Assembly: GCA_963841435.1 (NCBI GenBank)
Contig: CAWJCS010000004.1
Location: forward strand, 576,001-640,000
Length of the DNA stretch: 64,000 bases
Source of the DNA: an uncultured delta proteobacterium
GTDB lineage: Bacteria; Myxococcota_A; Polyangia; Polyangiales; Polyangiaceae
Direction of reading: 5' to 3'
This document shows, piece after piece, positions 1 to 8,007 of this stretch. The notes beneath the pieces were generated by a model. The model worked only from the letters and a program-made list of their open reading frames with translations. It had not been told where the DNA came from and did no database searches. How positions within the stretch are numbered: the first letter of the stretch is position 1; the number at the start of each line of letters is the position of its first letter. Position numbers and translations under genes: made by a program.

Positions 1-9
1 GGGCGTGGT

Positions 10-391
10 CGCAGAGCTCGTAAGCCGGGTTCTGTTGCTCGCGCGAATTGCTTCGCGCGGGCCGGCGATCATTCCTCTGGGACGCGCGTCGCCGCGCGCC
101 TCGAGCGGCCTACCCGGGAGCTCGGGCGGGCAGCCCTCGAACGCTCCTCTACGTGGCCTTGCTCCAGATGGGGTTTGCCGTGCCACGTCCGTTACCGGAC
201 GCGCGGTGGGCTCTTACTCCACCTTTTCACCCTTACCCGAGCATCGATTGCTCGACATTCGGGCGGTTTGCTTTTCTGTGGCACTCTCCTCGAGGTCGCC
301 CTCACCGGGTGTTACCCGGCATCCTGCCCTGTGGAGCCCGGACTTTCCTCCCGGTGCCCGAAGGCACCGAGCGATCGCCTGAGCCGCTGCG
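10..391 (-). ncRNA. rnpB: RNase P RNA (bacterial type A)
   Basis: Reverse complement contains the universal rnpB motifs GAGGAAAGTCCGGGCTCC, AGTGCCACAGAAA, GGTAAGGGTGAAAAGGTG, GGCAAACCCCATCTGGAGCAAGGCC and ACAGAACCCGGCTTAC; the ends pair as a P1 helix. Boundaries approximate. Confidence 0.96.
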
Positions 392-399
392 GCGGACGG

Positions 400-408
400 A
401 GCCTAGCA
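400..408 (-). promoter_or_regulatory. Possible extended -10 element (TGcTAGGCT) for rnpB
   Basis: TG-n-TAGGCT ends about 8 nt upstream of the predicted rnpB 5' end, just after the sigma factor stop codon. Confidence 0.35.
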
Positions 409-413
409 CGAGC

Positions 414-1289
414 TCAGGCGGCCGAGTCGAGCGCGAGCCAGTTGCCGGAGCGGCGGGACAGATCGCGGATGCGCGTGCGGAGCTTGCGCTTCGCGCGAAC
501 CTCGAGCTGGCGCGCACGCTCGCGCGAAACGCCCAGCTGGCGGCCGATCTCGGCGAGGCTGAGCTCGTCCTCGCGGTCCGCCATCAAGCGCTTCTCCACG
601 ATGTAGCGCTCGCGCACGTCCAGATCGAGCAGCGCGCTCTTCACGGCGGAGCGCACGTGATCGTCCATTTCGGACGCTGCGAACGTCTCCTCCTGGTCGG
701 TGTCGGGCGCGGCCAAGAGGTCGCCGAGCGACGCCTGCGAGCCGTCGAACGGCTTCGAGTCGAGTGAAACGTCACGCGCGTCGAGGCGGCGGAGCATCGA
801 GCTCACGGTGGCCTCGGGAAGGCCGAGCGATGCCGCGAGCATGCCCTCGGCGTCCGGGCCTTCCCCGACTAGGTTGGCGATCTTCACGCGCTCGCGCCGC
901 AGTCGGAAGAACATCTTCGAGCGCAGTGCGCCCGAGCCGACGCCAACCAGGCTCCAGGAGCGGATGACGTGGTTCAAGACGTACGCGCGGATCCAGTACG
1001 CCGCGTACGTCACGAACCGGGTACCGTGCGAGAGATCGAACTTGCCGAGGGCGTGCACGAGCCCGAAGTTGCCTTCGCTCACGAGCTCCTCGAGTGGCAC
1101 GCCATAGCGCTGGTACTTGATGGCGATCGCCACGACGTAACGCAAATGAGAGCCGAGGACGCGCTCCTTCGCAGATTCGTCACCGAGCTCGCGGTAACGA
1201 GTGACCAGTTCTTGCTCTTCCTCCCGCGTGAGCGCCGGCAGGGCTCGCACGCGGCTGAAGTAACGGTGAAGCTCAGCACTTTGCGCCAT
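414..1289 (-). CDS. RNA polymerase sigma factor, sigma-32/RpoH family (myxobacterial SigB/C/E-like)
   Basis: Region 2 ELVSEGNFGL...KFD...RFVTYAAYWIRA, RpoH-box-like SWSLV...LRSKMFFRLRRER, region 4 SLAEIGRQLGVSRERARQLE. ATG at 1289 (TTG at 1301 possible). Confidence 0.92.
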   Translation of the reverse strand: MAQSAELHRYFSRVRALPALTREEEQELVTRYRELGDESAKERVLGSHLRYVVAIAIKYQRYGVPLEELVSEGNFGLVHALGKFDLSHGTRFVTYAAYWIRAYVLNHVIRSWSLVGVGSGALRSKMFFRLRRERVKIANLVGEGPDAEGMLAASLGLPEATVSSMLRRLDARDVSLDSKPFDGSQASLGDLLAAPDTDQEETFAASEMDDHVRSAVKSALLDLDVRERYIVEKRLMADREDELSLAEIGRQLGVSRERARQLEVRAKRKLRTRIRDLSRRSGNWLALDSAA

Positions 1290-1523
1290 GGTGTTTTCCA
1301 ACGCGCGACCGACTCGCGCCCTTCTCCACGACGGCTACGCGGGGGGGTACGTCAAAGTTGCGCGCCCCGGCTCATTCGTACGGACAGCAATGAGCGCTGG
1401 ACGCTTGCGCAGGTCGGCTCGCGGGCCTATCTCGGCGTGGACCGCCCGCTCCCGTGCCCGGCTCGAGGCGGCAGCAGCGGGGGACAACCCCGCTTCGGCG
1501 CAAAATTTCCGATCAGGCGCCGG

Positions 1524-1847
1524 CTAGGCCTTGAACGACGAGCCGCAGCCGCACGTCGAGGTGACGTTTGGGTTCGCGAACTTGAACCCGGACCCGTGCG
1601 CGCTCTCGACGTAGTCGATCTGGGTCTGGTCGAGGTACTGATAGCTGAGCGGATCCACGTACAGCGCAACGCCGTTGGATTCGAAGCGCTCGTCGAGATC
1701 CGTCGGGGCTTCCTCGAAGTAGAGGTCGTACTGGAAGCCCGCGCAGCCGCCGCCGATGACGCGCAGGCGTAAACCCTGCCCGTCCAGGCCCTCGGCCTTC
1801 GAGATTTCCCTGACCTTGTGTGCTGCGAGCTCGGTGATGGTGATCAT
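1524..1847 (-). CDS. A-type Fe-S cluster carrier (IscA/ErpA/HesB family)
   Basis: GGGCAGFQY and C-terminal NPN..TCGCGSSF motifs. Confidence 0.95.
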   Translation of the reverse strand: MITITELAAHKVREISKAEGLDGQGLRLRVIGGGCAGFQYDLYFEEAPTDLDERFESNGVALYVDPLSYQYLDQTQIDYVESAHGSGFKFANPNVTSTCGCGSSFKA

Positions 1848-1937
1848 CGTGGGTTTTTCCAGCTAGGGGCTGCCGGGCCAATGAGCCGGAAGGACAGCGC
1901 GCTCAGCAGGTTCTAGTATAGGCACGTGAGAACGCGC

Positions 1938-2708
1938 ATGCCATCCCCTTCGTTGAACGCGATCCTAGGCGTTACCGCGATTGTGGCCCTCTGGGCAGTT
2001 CCGGCGCTGGCGGACGAGCCGGTGTCCGAAGCGCCCCCCGAGAGCGGGCCGGATGCGACCCCACCTCCCGCGAGCCCGCCCGCCGAGGAGCACCCGCCGC
2101 TCGGACCGACGCCACTCGGACAGCCCGTGATCCGCCTGACGACGCCGGACCCGGGTCCGCCACCCGAGCGCACGGTGCATCAGCACGACGGCTTCTACGC
2201 CCGCTTCATGCTCGGTCCCGTCTACGGTCGGACACGCGTTTCGACGGACAGCGCGACTCACTCCAAGTACTCCGTCGGCGGCGCCGGGATCACGCTCGAC
2301 GCGATGGTGGGCGGATCGCCCAGCCCTGGGTTTGCCCTCGGCGGCGCGGTGTCCTTCGACGGGTTCGGGTACGCCGATGACGGCGGAGCGAACCTCCTCA
2401 TGCTCGGCGCCTTCATCGACGGCTTTCCCAACTCGCATGGCGGCTTTCACCTCGGTGGTCAGGCAGGGCTCGCGCTTGCCAACACGAGCCGCAAGGACGG
2501 GCGTGACGAGCTCGGGGGCGTCGGCGTCGGGACGTTGATCTGGCTGGGGCAGGGGTTTTGGGTCGCCGACGAGTTTTCGCTCGGCGGTCTCGTGCGCTTC
2601 GACGGCGCGCTCACGACCGACGGCTCAGGCAATAAGGGGCCGGATCCGGTGTCGTTGAGTGGCTTCAGCTACGGCGTCTCGCTCGGGCTCAGCGTGCTCT
2701 ATCACTGA
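1938..2708 (+). CDS. Secreted protein, probable small outer-membrane beta-barrel with Pro-rich N-terminal linker
   Basis: Signal peptide (..VPALA/DE), Pro-rich linker, HDGFYARF start of amphipathic strands, terminal aromatic (VLYH). Confidence 0.65.
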   Translation: MPSPSLNAILGVTAIVALWAVPALADEPVSEAPPESGPDATPPPASPPAEEHPPLGPTPLGQPVIRLTTPDPGPPPERTVHQHDGFYARFMLGPVYGRTRVSTDSATHSKYSVGGAGITLDAMVGGSPSPGFALGGAVSFDGFGYADDGGANLLMLGAFIDGFPNSHGGFHLGGQAGLALANTSRKDGRDELGGVGVGTLIWLGQGFWVADEFSLGGLVRFDGALTTDGSGNKGPDPVSLSGFSYGVSLGLSVLYH

Positions 2709-3870
2709 GCGCGCGAAGCACGCCCGAACGGCAGCCCGTGACGACTAGGCCGGGCGCGACCGGCGTCGGGCGCAGCGGATCCGGGCAGCCGGTGCCCGGC
2801 ACGGAGCGAGCTTCGCCGCCCGACGGGACGAGGACGATGGGAGCTCCCGCGATCACGACGAGCACCGTCCCCGCGTCGTCGGCGATGATCGAGCTTGCCT
2901 CGCCGCCCGCACCGTCGGGCAAGAGCGACAGCCGGCTCCGCTCGCGACCCCCCGCGTCGAGCTCGACGAGCACGCCACCGCTGCCGAGCACGTGAGCCGT
3001 GCCGCCAACACCGAGCGCGAAGTCGCGCAGATCCGCCGCGGGCTCGCCGTAGCGACGCTCACTCTCCGACGTCCGGAGATCGAGCGCCGCGAGCTCGCGG
3101 TCTCCGACGAGTGCGAACAGTCGATCGCCACTCAGCGCGACCTTCGTCACCGGGCCCCCGAAACGCCCGATCTCGCTGGCCTCGAGGGCCGGAGCTCGCG
3201 TGAGCACGCGCCCCTCGCGCTCGACGAGCAGCGTGGTGCCCCGCCAGTCGAATGCCGCGACGATTGCGCTCGCCGCCGAGCCGAAGAGCGAGGGGCTCGC
3301 ACGGGCGTTCACGCGCGCGAAACGCGCACCCGACGCAACGATGGCGCCGCCGTCGAGCGTCGGCGACGCGACGAGCGCGCCCTCGAGCTCGCCGAACGGC
3401 AGCTTTTCACGCGACAGCTCGCGACCATCCCCGCTGATGCTCACGACCTCGGCGTCGCGTGTCACGACGAGCGTCCTGCCGGAGCCGATCAGAATGGGCG
3501 CACCGAGCAGATCACCTCCGGGTCGCAGCGTCCAGGTGGTGTGACCCGCGGCGTCGACGGCGCTCACGCGCCCGTTGCCATGCGCCACCACGAGCTCGCC
3601 TCGCGCGTTCGCGACCGGAGCGCCGAGGATGGGGCCAGGGAGCCGCTTCTGGAAGCGGACCGCGGGCTGCTTCGGCAGCGCGACACGGCTGCGGCTCGAG
3701 CCCTCGAGGTCGAGCCGCGACGCGACCGCGGGGCCCTTCGGGGGTGCGGCCTCGAGGCGGAGCGGAACGCTGGGATCGAGCTTCTCGGCGGGGGCGAGCC
3801 GCGGCCCGAGTAGCCCGCCCGCGGCGACCGCGAGCCAGATGGGGGCTTGCTTCAGTGCTGCTCGATTCAT
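2689..3870 (-). CDS. PQQ-like beta-propeller repeat protein, secreted
   Basis: Signal-like N terminus; repeats such as GRVSAVDAAGHTTW and LVELDAGGRER. Confidence 0.6.
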   Translation of the reverse strand: MNRAALKQAPIWLAVAAGGLLGPRLAPAEKLDPSVPLRLEAAPPKGPAVASRLDLEGSSRSRVALPKQPAVRFQKRLPGPILGAPVANARGELVVAHGNGRVSAVDAAGHTTWTLRPGGDLLGAPILIGSGRTLVVTRDAEVVSISGDGRELSREKLPFGELEGALVASPTLDGGAIVASGARFARVNARASPSLFGSAASAIVAAFDWRGTTLLVEREGRVLTRAPALEASEIGRFGGPVTKVALSGDRLFALVGDRELAALDLRTSESERRYGEPAADLRDFALGVGGTAHVLGSGGVLVELDAGGRERSRLSLLPDGAGGEASSIIADDAGTVLVVIAGAPIVLVPSGGEARSVPGTGCPDPLRPTPVAPGLVVTGCRSGVLRALSDRAR

Positions 3871-4004
3871 GCAGCTCCGGCAGAGCATCGAAGACGCGTC
3901 ATGCTACCGGATCCCGGTTCGGTCGGCTCGCCTCGGTGTTGCGGCCTGCTAAACGGTCTGCGCGTCCACTCCTGGCAACGATACCCCGCACGGTGACCTC
4001 GACC

Positions 4005-5843
4005 ATGTCTTCCCACGCCTGGCTTCGCGGCGCCTGCCGTCTTGTTTTCCTGTCGCTTCTGCTCACCCCTTTTGCGTGCTTGTCGGGAACTGGTTCCGGT
4101 GACGACGCAAGCAGTGGGGCACGCGGCGCAGCCGCGGGGGCCTCGGGGAGCGGCGCGGGCTCGATGGGCATGGCTGGCAACAGCGGCGCGGGCGGCTCGG
4201 TGGCGGGGCAGGGGGCGTTCGCTGGCACGGCCGGGGCGGGCAGTGGCGCAAGCGGTGCGAGCGCCACCGGCGGCGCCGGAGCCGGCTCCGCGGGGGTCGC
4301 CGGGAGCGGGGGCCAGAGCGGCGGCGTGTCCGGCGGCGTTGGCGGCGCCGGACAAGCGGGTGCTGCCGGGGCCTCGTTCTGCGGCACGCTGACCGATTGC
4401 GATGGCACGTGCGTCTCGTTGCTCGATGATTCCCAGCATTGCGGGACGTGCGCCACGGCTTGCACCGGTGGCCAGGGCTGCGTCGGCGGCTCGTGCCAGT
4501 GCGTGGGAGGCACGCTCTGCAACGGTGCCTGCGTCGACACGAGCTCCGACGCCGCGAACTGCGGGGGTTGCGGCATCGTGTGCAGCGCCGGACAGGTCTG
4601 CTCGATCCCGACGGGACAGGCGACGGCGGTCTGCACCACGGGGTGCGCGGCTGGCCAGACGCAGTGCGGGCAAAGCTGCGTGGACCTCGCCACCAACCAC
4701 GAGAACTGCGGCGCCTGCAATCAGGCTTGCCCCGGACCGCAGACGTGCTCGGGTTCGACGTGCGGATGCAGCGGAGGCCTCTCGCCATGCAACGGCGAGT
4801 GCGTCAATCTCGCCAACAACGCGGTGCACTGCGGCGCCTGCGGCAGCGCGTGCAGCGCGCCCCGCACCTGCTCCAACGCGAGCTGCAGCTGCCCGGGCGG
4901 CCAGAGTCTTTGCAACAACCAGTGCGTCGACACCCAAACCGACGCCATGCACTGTGGCAATTGCAACGCGGCGTGCTCGAGCCCGCGGTCGGCCTGCGTG
5001 AGCGGCGCGTGCGCCTGCCCCAACGGGGGCTCCTTTTGCAGCAACCAGTGCGTTGACACGAAGACGGACGTCAACAACTGCGGGACGTGCGGCAACCAAT
5101 GCGCCACGGGCGGCAGCTGCTCCAACGGTACCTGCATGAACCCGCAGGCGACGAGCTGCGACATCGGTTCGAGCCACAACGGTGACGGCTCGTTCACGTA
5201 CTACTACTTCGGCCAGGGGACGGGTCGCGACGGCAACGGCTACCGCACGGCGTGCGGCTATTACGGCACCGAGAACGGCACGACCGACACGGTCGAGAAC
5301 ATCGCGAGCACGAGCCCCGCGAGCAACACGTACTTCGCGGCGATCCCCGCGGATTCGAGCTTCAACACCTCGAACAACTGCGGCGCCTGCGTCGAGATCA
5401 CGGGCCAGAACCAGAAGAAGATCATCGCGACGGTCATCGACTCCTGCCCCACGGCCAGCAATCAGCCGTGCCGTGACCGGCCCAGTCAGCACCTCGATCT
5501 CAGCAAGGCGGCGTTCGACCAGCTCGGCTACAGCGTGGGCAATCCGAGCGGCACGACCTGGCGTTTCGTTCCTTGCCCGGTGACCGGCAACGTGAAAGTG
5601 CGCTTCAAGTCCGGCAACGACAACGAGCTCTTCGTCGAGAACGGCATCACGTCGATCACGGCGGTCACCGTCAACGGCACGACGGCGTCGCGCACCTCGT
5701 ACGGCGCTTGGCACGTGAACAGCGCCATCATGACGCCGGCCACGTTGAACCTCACCGACAAGGCGGGGCGGTCGATCAGCGTGACGCTCAATTCGGGCAC
5801 CTCGAATCAGGACACTGGCAAGCAGTTTCCTGCCTGTCTGTGA
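4005..5843 (+). CDS. Lipoprotein with Gly/Ser linker, six Cys-rich (MXAN_6577/Stig1-like) repeats and C-terminal expansin-like domain (DPBB + CBM63-like)
   Basis: Lipobox-like TPFAC; repeats CVDxxxDxxNCGxCxxxC; ACG, CGACVEI, VIDSCP, HLDLS and WRFVPCP expansin D1 motifs. Confidence 0.85.
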   Translation: MSSHAWLRGACRLVFLSLLLTPFACLSGTGSGDDASSGARGAAAGASGSGAGSMGMAGNSGAGGSVAGQGAFAGTAGAGSGASGASATGGAGAGSAGVAGSGGQSGGVSGGVGGAGQAGAAGASFCGTLTDCDGTCVSLLDDSQHCGTCATACTGGQGCVGGSCQCVGGTLCNGACVDTSSDAANCGGCGIVCSAGQVCSIPTGQATAVCTTGCAAGQTQCGQSCVDLATNHENCGACNQACPGPQTCSGSTCGCSGGLSPCNGECVNLANNAVHCGACGSACSAPRTCSNASCSCPGGQSLCNNQCVDTQTDAMHCGNCNAACSSPRSACVSGACACPNGGSFCSNQCVDTKTDVNNCGTCGNQCATGGSCSNGTCMNPQATSCDIGSSHNGDGSFTYYYFGQGTGRDGNGYRTACGYYGTENGTTDTVENIASTSPASNTYFAAIPADSSFNTSNNCGACVEITGQNQKKIIATVIDSCPTASNQPCRDRPSQHLDLSKAAFDQLGYSVGNPSGTTWRFVPCPVTGNVKVRFKSGNDNELFVENGITSITAVTVNGTTASRTSYGAWHVNSAIMTPATLNLTDKAGRSISVTLNSGTSNQDTGKQFPACL

Positions 5844-5895
5844 GCTGGGCGCCTCTCGCCGTTGACCCCCCGGAGCGGGGTCGCGCGGCGTCCGA

Positions 5896-8007
5896 TCAGG
5901 GCGCGAGCTTCACGAGGTACTGCTCGTCGCCGGGTGGCGCGAGGATGGCCGGTGGCGAGGGGCCCCAGGGGTTCGGCACGAGCGCGAGCTCGACGCAAGG
6001 CGGTGCGGCGGGGTCGACATCGATCGGCGCGCTCCGGTAGGTGCCGACGACATCGCGTGGCGACGGCTTCACGTCGGCGCCGCTTCGGTGCACGCGCACG
6101 GGAATGCCGTCGTCGGGGCCGCCGTGGACGGTGACCTGCAGCACCGAGTAGCGAGAGCGTGGGCGCTCGATGGCGTCCTCGACGACGAAGCGGGTGCGCT
6201 TCCGGTCGGCAGGAGCGCAGAAGACGTCGACGTCGCGCGCCCAGCCGAACGCGCCGTGGACGCCCGTCGCCGAAACCAGCGGATTGCCGAGCGCGATCGT
6301 GTCGTTGGGCTCCACCTCGCGCTCGGGCACGGGCACGGACGGCCTGAGGATCAGGCGGTAGTCGTCGGATACGTTCTCGTAGACGGGTGTCGGCGCGCCG
6401 TCGAAGTACGACTCGTTGTCCTGCATGACGGCGACGACCCAGCTGCCGGGCTCGAGCTTGAGCGCGGGCACGTCGAGACGAACCCCCGGGCCGCCGAGGC
6501 AGTAGCGCGCGAACGGCTCCTGGCTTCCAGGTGGGTAGAGCAAGAGGCAGCTCGCGAGGTTCGGCAACGGCTCGAACGCGAGACGCACCGAGTCGGTGCC
6601 GGCGGGCAGCGTCACTTTGTAAAAGTCGCGGTCGCTCCGCGAGCGGTCGAGCCGCTGCCCGAGCCGACCCTTCACGTCGAGCGGGAAGGGGACGACGAAC
6701 GCCTCGCTGGCGGCGTTGTTGGGCTCGATTTCGCTGCCCTGGAAAGTCGGCGCGCGCGTGAGCGAGGAGTATAGGCGAACGATGCCGAAAACGCCGGCGC
6801 CGATCGCGGCCGCGAGCACGCCCCAAACGGCGTAGCTTCGCCGCCTGAGCTTGCGCTCGTACCGCTCGACCTCGTCGCGCGTGGCAGCCTCTCCGTCTCC
6901 GGGCTCGAGGCTCCGGAGCTTCTTCGAATCGAGCAGGAGCTCGAGGCTCGTGCCTCCGGCGCCAATCTCGGCGACGAGCGCCTTCTGCAGCGCCTGTGCG
7001 CTCGGGAAGCGGCGCGCGGGGTCTTTGGCGAGCGCGGTGAGAATCACGCGCTCGAAGCCGCGCGGCAGCAAAATGCCCGGTGCGCGCCGACTCGGCGGTT
7101 CGGGCTCCTCGGTCAAGTGCCGTGTGAGCACGCCCATCGGCGTGGCCGCGTCGAACACCACCGTGCCCGTGACGCACGCATAGAGCACGGCACCGATCGC
7201 GTAGACGTCGCTCGCGGGGCCAATGGCTTCCCCGCGGATCTGCTCGGGCGACATGTAGTAGGGCGTGCCCACGATTGCGCCGCTCGACGTCACGTCGGAG
7301 AGCTCACTGGACTCGCGGAGCTTCGCGAGACCGAAGTCGAGCACCTTGGCGAGCTCGTTGCCCGCCTGGCTGGGGACGATCATGATGTTTTCGGGCTTCA
7401 AGTCGCGGTGGACGATGCCCTTGTCGTGAGCCTCCGAGAGCGAGCTCAAGACCTGGATCATGATCGCGGTGGTGCGCTCCGCCGACAGATGGCCCTGGCT
7501 CGTGATCAGCGACCCGAGGTCGGTGCCGCGCACGTACTCCATGGCGAGGTACGCCAGCCCGTCGGCGTCACCGAAATCGAACACCTGCACGGTGTTGGGA
7601 TGCGACAGCTTGCTCGCCATGAGCGCTTCGCGCTTGAAGCGAGCCACCTGTGCGGAGTCACGCGTCAGCTCGCCCGTGAGCAGTTTGAGCGCGAGGATCT
7701 TGCCGATGCGCGCATGCTCGGCGCGGTAGACGACACCCATGCCGCCGCGGCCGATCAGCTCGAGGACGCGATAGCGCTCGGCGACGACGCGTCCGAGTAA
7801 TGGATCGGCATGATGGCGCTCGCGTGGCGCCCCGTTGTGGCGTGGGGGCGGCACCGTGGTCCCCGAGCGTTGCTCGGGGGCGCGTTCAGTGGGCGGCATG
7901 GTGGCGACCAGCGAGCTGCCACAGTTGGCGCAGAAGCGGGCGCGCTCGTCGTTCCGCGCGCCGCACCGACTACACGCGACGGCGGTCGTCGCTGCCTTCG
8001 CCGTCAA
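5896..8007 (-). CDS. Membrane Ser/Thr protein kinase (zinc ribbon, kinase, TM, extracellular PPC-like domains)
   Basis: CxxC..CxxC N terminus; GRGGMGVVY, ALK, HRDLKPEN, DFG, GTPYYMSPE; TM helix; two E-x-EPN(N/D) PPC-type starts. Start codon uncertain. Confidence 0.93.
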   Translation of the reverse strand: MTAKAATTAVACSRCGARNDERARFCANCGSSLVATMPPTERAPEQRSGTTVPPPRHNGAPRERHHADPLLGRVVAERYRVLELIGRGGMGVVYRAEHARIGKILALKLLTGELTRDSAQVARFKREALMASKLSHPNTVQVFDFGDADGLAYLAMEYVRGTDLGSLITSQGHLSAERTTAIMIQVLSSLSEAHDKGIVHRDLKPENIMIVPSQAGNELAKVLDFGLAKLRESSELSDVTSSGAIVGTPYYMSPEQIRGEAIGPASDVYAIGAVLYACVTGTVVFDAATPMGVLTRHLTEEPEPPSRRAPGILLPRGFERVILTALAKDPARRFPSAQALQKALVAEIGAGGTSLELLLDSKKLRSLEPGDGEAATRDEVERYERKLRRRSYAVWGVLAAAIGAGVFGIVRLYSSLTRAPTFQGSEIEPNNAASEAFVVPFPLDVKGRLGQRLDRSRSDRDFYKVTLPAGTDSVRLAFEPLPNLASCLLLYPPGSQEPFARYCLGGPGVRLDVPALKLEPGSWVVAVMQDNESYFDGAPTPVYENVSDDYRLILRPSVPVPEREVEPNDTIALGNPLVSATGVHGAFGWARDVDVFCAPADRKRTRFVVEDAIERPRSRYSVLQVTVHGGPDDGIPVRVHRSGADVKPSPRDVVGTYRSAPIDVDPAAPPCVELALVPNPWGPSPPAILAPPGDEQYLVKLAP

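Noticed and set aside
5-767. Plus-strand ORFs 5-382, 48-767 and 175-606
   Set aside because: Antisense shadows of rnpB and the sigma factor.
4380-5140. CxxC-rich repeats as multiheme or Fe-S protein
   Set aside because: No CxxCH; the pattern matches secreted disulfide-rich repeats.
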